This document shows, piece by piece, positions 57,254 through 64,000 of a stretch of 64,000 nt of DNA. How positions within the stretch are numbered: the first letter of the stretch is position 1; every line of letters begins with the position of its first letter. The translations under genes were made by a program, and so were the position numbers. This DNA is from Dehalococcoidia bacterium. Lineage in GTDB: Bacteria; Chloroflexota; Dehalococcoidia; DSTF01; JACRBR01. The notes beneath the pieces were generated by a model that saw only the letters and a program-made list of their open reading frames with translations, did no database searches and was not told the origin of the DNA. The stretch covers positions 183,537 to 247,536 of the forward strand of contig JADMII010000001.1 of NCBI GenBank assembly GCA_015478665.1. The letters run 5' to 3'.

Positions 57254-58261
57254 GTGATCCGCGATCTGGACTTCCGCGACAAGGGCATGGACCGCTACGT
57301 CCGGCGCGCGGCCGAAGACATGGCCAAGGCGCGAGACGAACTCATGTCGGCGCTCGGCCGGATCACGGACGGTGACTGGGCTCGCTACGTCCCGTACGGC
57401 TCGCGGACGCTGCACGACGTGCTCTCGCACCTCGCGACGGCCGACCAGACGTGGGCGCTGGCGACGCGCGAGCTGCTGAAGGGCGAGGCGGAGGATCTGA
57501 AGCCGCGCTCCCCGGAAGCGCTGCAGGTGGCGCGCCAGCGGGCGATCGCCCGCGGACGCACGCAGGCGCCGGCGGCGCTCGTGGACGAGATGGTGCGACG
57601 GCGACGGCTGCTGCTCGGGCTGTACGAACTGCTCGAGCCCCGGCACCTGGCGCTGCAGCTGCCGGCGTTCGGCGACGCGCACAACTCCGTCCGCGAGCAC
57701 ATCTGGCTCGGCTACCACGACCGTCTGCACGCGGCGGACATCCGGCGGGCGCTGCGGCTGCAGTGGTACCCGCCGAAGCTGCGCCTGCTACCGGAGCTCC
57801 GCGATGCCGCCGACGCGCGTTCGTCCGACGCGACGCTGTACGTGGTCTACAGCATCGACCCCATGCGGTGGGAGCACCCGTCGCCGGTGCTCGGCTGGTC
57901 GAACCGCGAGCTGCTGGCGCATCTCGCCACCGGAGACTGGGTGCTGCAGCAACAACTGCGGCACGTCATCGAGCGCGGTAGCCTCGCCGCGTGGCCGGAT
58001 GTCGACGCCGGGAACGCCCAGCGCGTCCACGAGCGGCGGTTCTCGACGCACGCGGCACTCGTCGAGGAGTATCTCTCAATGCGGCACGAGACGCGGCTGC
58101 TGCTGGCGCGGCTGAAGCCGAAGCAGCTCGGACTGGCGACCAGCTTCTGGTGGGAGGCGCAGCCAAACGCACACACGCTGATCGAGTACGTGGAGCACGT
58201 CCCGGCGCACGAGCGCGCGCACCGCGAGCAGCTGCGGCCGGCGATGGCCTACGTGCGATGA
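57254..58261 (+). CDS. DinB_2 / mycothiol-maleylpyruvate-isomerase-N-terminal-like domain protein (two tandem domains)
   Basis: Two repeats each with a metal-binding His pattern (LHDVLSHLATADQTW and ELLAHLATGDWVLQ). GTG start. Confidence 0.5.
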   Translation: MIRDLDFRDKGMDRYVRRAAEDMAKARDELMSALGRITDGDWARYVPYGSRTLHDVLSHLATADQTWALATRELLKGEAEDLKPRSPEALQVARQRAIARGRTQAPAALVDEMVRRRRLLLGLYELLEPRHLALQLPAFGDAHNSVREHIWLGYHDRLHAADIRRALRLQWYPPKLRLLPELRDAADARSSDATLYVVYSIDPMRWEHPSPVLGWSNRELLAHLATGDWVLQQQLRHVIERGSLAAWPDVDAGNAQRVHERRFSTHAALVEEYLSMRHETRLLLARLKPKQLGLATSFWWEAQPNAHTLIEYVEHVPAHERAHREQLRPAMAYVR

Positions 58262-58274
58262 GCGAGGCGCACTG

Positions 58275-58685
58275 ATGCCGCTGTTCCGACGCAAGCCAAC
58301 ACCACCACCCACGCTCGACATCGACCTTCCGGCCGGCGAGGTGTACGAACGCGGCGCGCAGGCGACGATGCTGCAGGGCAAGACGGCGATGCGCGGGACG
58401 CTGTACATGACGGACCGCCGGCTCTTGTTCCAGGCGCAGAAGGGGGAAGCGCGCTGGCTCACGGTGCCCTTCGACGAGGTGCGGTCAGCGGGGCTCTACG
58501 CACCGCCGCGGGTGACGATGGGCGCGCCGGGCGGCGGCGCGCCGAGCCTGTTCATCGAGACGACGAAGGGCGAGCACGTCTGGTGGTCGTTCGACGGCAG
58601 GGAGCAGGAGGCATGGCTGACGATCGTGCGCGAGCGTGCAGCCGCGGCCGAACGGGAGCGGGCGTCGGAGGACGACGGCTCGTGA
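58275..58685 (+). CDS. hypothetical protein, bacterial PH-like (GRAM/YokE-like) domain suspected
   Basis: 136 aa. LYMTDRRLLFQAQ...WLTVPFDEV...LFIETTKGEHVWWSFDG resembles bacterial PH-domain proteins. Weak. Confidence 0.3.
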   Translation: MPLFRRKPTPPPTLDIDLPAGEVYERGAQATMLQGKTAMRGTLYMTDRRLLFQAQKGEARWLTVPFDEVRSAGLYAPPRVTMGAPGGGAPSLFIETTKGEHVWWSFDGREQEAWLTIVRERAAAAERERASEDDGS

Positions 58686-58769
58686 CGGTCCGAAGCGCGG
58701 CCGCCGGTCGGAGGCGGCGCCTGGCAACGTGAACCGGTGAGGCGCGGCGAGCTGCCCTGGAGGCAGGCG

Positions 58770-60239
58770 TCAGCCCAGCTTCCCCGTCGCCGCCTCGATG
58801 CGGACCAGACAGCGTTCGCGGCCGAGGATCTCCATGCTCTCGAAGAGCGGCGGCGTCACGCGGCGGCCGGTGACCGCCACGCGGACGAGCGAGAAGAGGT
58901 CGCCCGCCTTCATCCCGTCGTCCGCCGCCTGGAGGCGGAGCGCTGCCTCGATCGCGTCGTCGGTCCAGCCCGGCAGCGCCGCCAGCACCTCGACCGCGCG
59001 CCGGAGCGCCGCTGCGGCTTCGGCGGCCTTCGAGGCGAACGCCTTGCCCGGCAGATCGTCTGCCGGGTACTCGAGCGCATCGAGGAAGAAGAAGTCGCTG
59101 TAGTCGACGACCTCCGTCAAGAGCTTCACGCGCTCGCGGATCAACGGCGCGATGCGCGCGACGAGCCCGCGGTCGACCGGGCGCGGCACGGACGGCGGCA
59201 GGCCGCGGTCGAGCCACGCGGCGAAGGTCTCGACGAGCTCCGGCTCGGGCATGTCGCGGACGTAGACCCCATTCATCCATGTCAGCTTGTCGATGTTGAA
59301 CATGGCGGGATTCCGGACCACGCGGTCGAGCGTGAAGCTCGCGACGAACTGCTCGCGCGAGATGATCTCCGTCTTGTCGTCGAGTGACCAGCCGACGAGG
59401 CCGAGGAAGTTGAACATCGCATCGGGCAGGTAGCCCTGATCGCGATACTCGAATACGCTCGTCGCGCCATGGCGCTTGCTGAGCTTGGCGCCGTCCGGGC
59501 CGAGGATGCGCGGCAGATGCGCGATCACCGGCACGGCGACATCGAGCGCGCGGTAGACGAGCAGGTGGCGCGGCACCGACGGGATCCACTCGTCGCCTCG
59601 CAGCACATGGCTGATGCGCATGGCATCGTCATCGACGATGTAGGCGAGAGCGTACACCGGAAAGCCATCGGACTTGAGCAGGATAAAGTCGTCGATCGTC
59701 GAGAGGTCGAACGTCAGCGGGCCGTGGATCGCGTCGTCGAGCGAGACGCGGCCTTCCAGCGGCGTACGGAATCGGACGACGCAGCCGCGGCCCTCGGCCG
59801 TGGCCTCTCGGCGCGCCTCGGCACGCCCGGCGTCTTCGCGGCAGCGCCGGTCGTAGCGCGGCGGCTGCTTCAGCCGCGCCTGCTCGGCGCGCATCGCGTC
59901 GAGACGCTCGGACGAGCACCAGCACTCGTAGGCATCGCCTTGCCCGAGCAGGCGGTCGGCGGCGGCGCGATACATCGGCAGGCGCTCGGACTGCGTATAG
60001 GGGCCGTAGGGGCCACCGCGGTCGAGGCCTTCATCCCAGTCGAGCCCGAGCCAGCGCAGGCTCTCGGCGATGCCATCGACGGACTCCGGGATGAAGCGCG
60101 CGCGGTCGGTGTCTTCGAGCCGGACGATGAATTGACCGCCGAAGTGGCGCGCCAGAAGCCAGTCGAAGAGCGCCGTGCGGATGTTGCCGACGTGCGGGAC
60201 GCCCGTCGGGCTGGGCGCATAGCGGGTGCGGACGTCCAT
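58770..60239 (-). CDS. gltX: Glutamyl-tRNA synthetase
   Basis: HIGH-type motif PSPTGVPHVGN and KMSKS-type KLSKR. 489 aa. Confidence 0.9.
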   Translation of the reverse strand: MDVRTRYAPSPTGVPHVGNIRTALFDWLLARHFGGQFIVRLEDTDRARFIPESVDGIAESLRWLGLDWDEGLDRGGPYGPYTQSERLPMYRAAADRLLGQGDAYECWCSSERLDAMRAEQARLKQPPRYDRRCREDAGRAEARREATAEGRGCVVRFRTPLEGRVSLDDAIHGPLTFDLSTIDDFILLKSDGFPVYALAYIVDDDAMRISHVLRGDEWIPSVPRHLLVYRALDVAVPVIAHLPRILGPDGAKLSKRHGATSVFEYRDQGYLPDAMFNFLGLVGWSLDDKTEIISREQFVASFTLDRVVRNPAMFNIDKLTWMNGVYVRDMPEPELVETFAAWLDRGLPPSVPRPVDRGLVARIAPLIRERVKLLTEVVDYSDFFFLDALEYPADDLPGKAFASKAAEAAAALRRAVEVLAALPGWTDDAIEAALRLQAADDGMKAGDLFSLVRVAVTGRRVTPPLFESMEILGRERCLVRIEAATGKLG

Positions 60240-60536
60240 AGAGCGAGTGTATCCGGACGATGCAGCGCGAAGTAGCGATACCGAGGCTCGCGCACGTGTG
60301 ATGGGTGATGGGATGTTGGATGTTGGATATTGGGCGGGCGGCTCGGGCTGCGGCGTTTTGCGCTGCTTCGTCGGGAACCGGGGATGGTTGTGGTGCCTGC
60401 GGCCCTGGCCTCCGTCCCTCTTCCACAGGGGAGAGGGGAGCGACTCCGGGGCGCACGGTCATGCCGGTCCTTCCACGACCGATGTCGAAGCGACGGCGGG
60501 CGGCATGCCGACGGAACGCGACGGCGCGCCAGCCTC

Positions 60537-61577
60537 TCACAGCGCGTGACGTTGGCGGACTTCTTCGATGAGCGGGCCGAGTTCGCTCGCGGCGAGCGCG
60601 TGCGCGGGGAGGCCGAGGGGGTCCGGGCTGGGCGTGTCGCGGAGGAGGAGCTCGAGCGTACGGCGTACGCACCAGGGCAGCGCAACGAGGTCGTAACCGC
60701 CTTCGAGGGCGAGCAGGAGGCGACCGTCGCAGAGGCGGTTCGCCGCTTCGATCAGCCGTGCAACGAGCGCGCCGTAGCCGTCGACGCTCAGGCGCTCGTC
60801 GGCCAGCTCATCGGCGAAGTGCGCATCGAAGCCGGCGGAGACGAGCATGAGTCCGGGCTGGAAGCGGTCGAGCGCGGGCGCGACGATCTCATCGAAGACG
60901 CGCGCGTACGCGTCATCACCGCAGCCGGCCGGCAGCGGGATGTTGATGGTGGCGCCGCGCCCCGCGCCGGCACCCGTCTCCGTCGCCGCGCCCGATCCGG
61001 GGTAGTACGGGTACTGATGCGTCGAGATGTAGAGCACGGACGGATCGGCGTAGAAGGCGCCCTGGGTGCCGTTGCCGTGGTGGACGTCGAAGTCGACGAC
61101 GGCGACGCGCTCGACGCCGTGACGGCGGCGGGCGGCAGCGGCGGCGATGGCGATGTGGTTGAACAGGCAGAACCCCATGGCCTGGATGGGCGTCGCGTGG
61201 TGGCCGGGCGGCCGCACGAGGCAGAACGCCGTCTCGGCGTCTCCCTTGAGAACGGCCGCGAGCGCCTCCAGCGTGCCGCCGACCGCGTGCGCGGCGACAT
61301 CGTACGAGCGCGAGGTGATGCGCGTGTCCGGGTCCGCCCAGCCGCCGCCGGCCGCCGCCGCGCGCGCCAGCGCTGCGACGTAGCGGGCGTCGTGCACGAG
61401 CGCGAGCTCGTCGGACGTGGCGGCGCGCGCGTCGATGCGACGCAGGCGGCCGAGGATGCCGCTCGCCGCGAGGAGGTCGGTCGTCGCGGTCATGCGGCGG
61501 GCGTTCTCGGGATGGGAGCCGGTGTCGTGTTCGAGGAAGATGCGGTCGGTGAGGAAGGCGACGGGCGCACGCTTCAC
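60537..61577 (-). CDS. Histone deacetylase family protein (acetoin-utilisation AcuC/HDAC-like)
   Basis: RPPGHHA...DFDVHHGNGTQ and GGGY (EGGYDL) catalytic signatures. GTG start at 61577 inferred. Confidence 0.75.
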   Translation of the reverse strand: MKRAPVAFLTDRIFLEHDTGSHPENARRMTATTDLLAASGILGRLRRIDARAATSDELALVHDARYVAALARAAAAGGGWADPDTRITSRSYDVAAHAVGGTLEALAAVLKGDAETAFCLVRPPGHHATPIQAMGFCLFNHIAIAAAAARRRHGVERVAVVDFDVHHGNGTQGAFYADPSVLYISTHQYPYYPGSGAATETGAGAGRGATINIPLPAGCGDDAYARVFDEIVAPALDRFQPGLMLVSAGFDAHFADELADERLSVDGYGALVARLIEAANRLCDGRLLLALEGGYDLVALPWCVRRTLELLLRDTPSPDPLGLPAHALAASELGPLIEEVRQRHAL

Positions 61578-61938
61578 GGTCGAATTGTAGCGTGACGGGC
61601 CTCGGTGAGATGTCGCCGCTGCGCGGTGGCGGTCGGGTCTCGATGGGCACGGGAGGCACCGCAATTCGCGCGCCGATCGATGCGCGAGTGAGGTCGGGTC
61701 AACGAAGGGGCCAGCCCGACTCGACGGAGGCCGGTGCCCGTCGCGTGTTCTCCTCCCCGGATCTCCACACCGCGGCGGAGAGGAGCGCCGACGGCCGCTG
61801 CGCGCCAACGATCTGGCGTGCATGAGTGTGGCGGCGGTACACGCCCGCCCTGCCAATCACGTCCTGCGCCGTACGTCGCGCTGCGCATGGCCGGTCACAG
61901 GCGCGCGCGATGACGGCGGAGCAACGACGTCCCGCGGG

Positions 61939-63036
61939 CTAATTCTTCGGCGGTTCGAGGACGGCCTGGAGGCTGGCCGGCAGGCGGTAGCGCCGCTCGC
62001 CGATGCCGGCGACCTCGAGGCGGTGCATGTATTCGTTGAGCTGGCGCCGGAACGCGGCGAGCGCGAGCTTGCCGCCCTCCTCCTGATCGCCGAGCGAATG
62101 CCCGAAGAGGATGCCCAGCGACGTGCCGAAGATCGGCGAGCCTCCGGCGACGGGCGCCGTGCCGTTCGCGCCGCCACCGACGATCACCGGCTCCGCCTTC
62201 TCGAGATAGCTGTGGATCTCTTCGCGGCGCTCCGGCTCCGTCTCGAGGATGTACTTGAGGTGCATGACGCCGAACGCGACGTGGCGCGACTCATCCTGCG
62301 CTGACAGCCGGAAGATGCGCTTCTCCGCCTCGTTCGTCGCGATGTACTCGCCCATCCGGAAGATCGACTGCACGAGCCCTTCGCCCTGCACGTGCATGAT
62401 CGTCGACATCTCGGTGAAGTCCTTGGCCTCGATGATCACGCGCAGGCCGGCGTTGCCGCTGGACTGCATGAGGCCGCCGCCGTTGGCGAGCGCGCGCTTG
62501 CGGAAGACGTCGAGGTGGCGCGCCTCGTCCATGATCTGCGAAGCGAGGAACATCTTCACTTCGTAGTGCTCGTTGCTGATCGAAGGCAGCCACTGGCTCG
62601 GCGTGTCGCCGGCGATGAACTCGACTTCGGTGAGGAAGGTGCAGAACTGGCTGTAGGCGCGCTCGACGTCATCGGGCAGCGGCTTCAGCTCCTCCCACGG
62701 GATGTCGGTCGCCGATGACCACTGGCGCTGCACCGCCTCTTCGTAGAGCATGGCGGCGTTGTCGGACCAGATGTCGGACTTCTTGCGCACGTGGTAGCCG
62801 ACGCGCGGCACGCCGTCGCGGCGAGCGGCGCCGCGCAGCCCCATCGTCATGTCGTCGGAGGTCGCGGGCGCATTGCCGTACGAGGCCTTGTTGATCTCCT
62901 CGAGCGTCAGGCCGCGGCGGCCGGGGTGGGCGGACATGCCGCGTTCGCCGGTCTGGTCCATCCAGCTGAGATCCAGCCCTTCGCTGATGTCAGGCTCTCC
63001 CTGCAGCATCTCGATCGTCTTCTGGTCGACGGCCAT
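61939..63036 (-). CDS. Ferritin-like diiron-carboxylate protein (AurF/CmlI-like oxygenase family suspected)
   Basis: Two E...DExRH-type motifs (IMDEARHLDVF and QDESRHVAFG). ATG at 63036. Confidence 0.5.
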   Translation of the reverse strand: MAVDQKTIEMLQGEPDISEGLDLSWMDQTGERGMSAHPGRRGLTLEEINKASYGNAPATSDDMTMGLRGAARRDGVPRVGYHVRKKSDIWSDNAAMLYEEAVQRQWSSATDIPWEELKPLPDDVERAYSQFCTFLTEVEFIAGDTPSQWLPSISNEHYEVKMFLASQIMDEARHLDVFRKRALANGGGLMQSSGNAGLRVIIEAKDFTEMSTIMHVQGEGLVQSIFRMGEYIATNEAEKRIFRLSAQDESRHVAFGVMHLKYILETEPERREEIHSYLEKAEPVIVGGGANGTAPVAGGSPIFGTSLGILFGHSLGDQEEGGKLALAAFRRQLNEYMHRLEVAGIGERRYRLPASLQAVLEPPKN

Positions 63037-63191
63037 GGCGGTGTCCTTTCGGTCGCAGCGGCGACTCCGGTAACTTAGCGTGCGCTCAATCATAGGTTCG
63101 GCGGCCGACCGCCGTCAACTCGTCGCCGGCGGTGATGTGGGTGCGGGCGCCGCCGGCGCGGTCGGGCGGAGTAACGCGGTCCTCCGTGGCG

Positions 63192-63656
63192 CTATCGCGG
63201 GGCGCCGTCACTGGTCATCGCCAGGATCCGTTCCATCGCCGCATCCTGCGCCGCGAGGTGCGCCTGAATCTGGCGCGCCTCTTCGAGGACGGCCTCTGCG
63301 TCGTTGAACGTGGCCTGGGCGCGCGAGTCCGCGGCCGCCGCCTGCACGTTCTGGCCGACGATGATGATCGGCAGCAGCACCAGCTGCAGGAACGTCTGCG
63401 CGATCCACGCGACGATGATCAGGGAGTTGCCGCTGCGAAGTGCCGACGGCGCGCTGACAAGCGCCAGCAGCGCGAAGAGGTATGCGCACCACATCGTGCC
63501 GACGATCAGCGTGATCTTCAGCCCGAGCTTCGCGTTGATGCGGCCGATCAGGCCCGGGCCGTGGATGTGCGCTGCCGCGGCGGCAACGGTCGGTGGACCG
63601 GCGGCACGGCGGCGCTCCAGGTGCGGATGCGGGACGTACTCGAACAACCTTGTCAT
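63192..63656 (-). CDS. DUF1003 domain-containing membrane protein
   Basis: Two TM helices followed by QNVQAAAADSRAQATFNDAE, resembling the DUF1003 MMSQNRQ...D motif. Confidence 0.5.
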   Translation of the reverse strand: MTRLFEYVPHPHLERRRAAGPPTVAAAAAHIHGPGLIGRINAKLGLKITLIVGTMWCAYLFALLALVSAPSALRSGNSLIIVAWIAQTFLQLVLLPIIIVGQNVQAAAADSRAQATFNDAEAVLEEARQIQAHLAAQDAAMERILAMTSDGAPR

Positions 63657-64000
63657 CGAGGCGCAGGATACCAGAACCGGCGCGTTCGCCACCGCTGTTC
63701 ATTGCAGTTCTCCCATGGCCGAATGACGCGTCCGGCGGGCGCCGTGCCGGCTCGCCGCCTGCGCCGCCATCGTGCTCCCGCCAGAAGCGCGATGCCCGCG
63801 ATCCGTGGCAATCGGCCCGCGCGATCTGCGCGCGCGCGACGCGACGTCACATGGCCCACGGGCTCGCCCACGGCGACGCTCCAATCGCGCCTGGCGGTTC
63901 GCGCCGCAGCGTACGGAAGGAGGCCGCCGGCTCGGCGGCGGCGCAGGATGGGTGGTCGCCGGCGCGGCAGCTGGCGCCCGAAACTCGGGATCATCGCGCT

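Overview
This is a high-GC (about 70%) bacterial chromosomal window. Genes are densely packed, many are translationally coupled, and the opposite strand of real genes often carries long spurious ORFs. Gene content points to a Chloroflexota/Thermomicrobia-like or Actinomycetota-like organism: F420-type luciferase-like oxidoreductases, archaeal-type iPGM (ApgM), an MshA-like GT4, DUF488, DinB_2 and BON proteins. This placement is an inference from gene content alone.

The first ~9.6 kb is compositionally distinct, visibly lower in GC. It carries an XRE-family HTH regulator and an ImmA/IrrE metalloprotease, then a complete type I restriction-modification operon (hsdM-hsdS-hsdR), then an HNH endonuclease with a Lys-rich tail. 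It ends at a 50-nt 3' fragment of a tRNA-Asn(GUU) gene running from the anticodon stem to the encoded CCA. That is the signature of an attR-type direct repeat from a tRNA-integrated genomic island. The intact tRNA and the integrase should lie left of the window.

The remainder is mostly housekeeping and metabolism:
- folE, serS, thiL-tsaE, rsfS, mnmA, apgM-tpiA-miaA, aspS, pckA, selA, gltX, hemW
- a tandem tRNA-Gln(CUG) and tRNA-Glu(CUC) pair
- many oxidoreductases: two LLM, a P450, a flavin reductase, a nitroreductase, a phosphotriesterase-like protein and an AurF-like diiron protein

Several small operons have no obvious described function and are the best candidates for something new:
- folE-(FemAB-like GNAT)-(MshA-like GT4)
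- GNAT-(69 aa TM peptide)-PhzF-(degenerate MobA-like)
- GT4-BON-(amylo-1,6-glucosidase-like)
- DUF488-(tandem DinB_2)-(PH-like)

No CRISPR arrays or rRNA genes were seen. All coordinates and calls come from reading the sequence and the ORF track only; no database searches were run.
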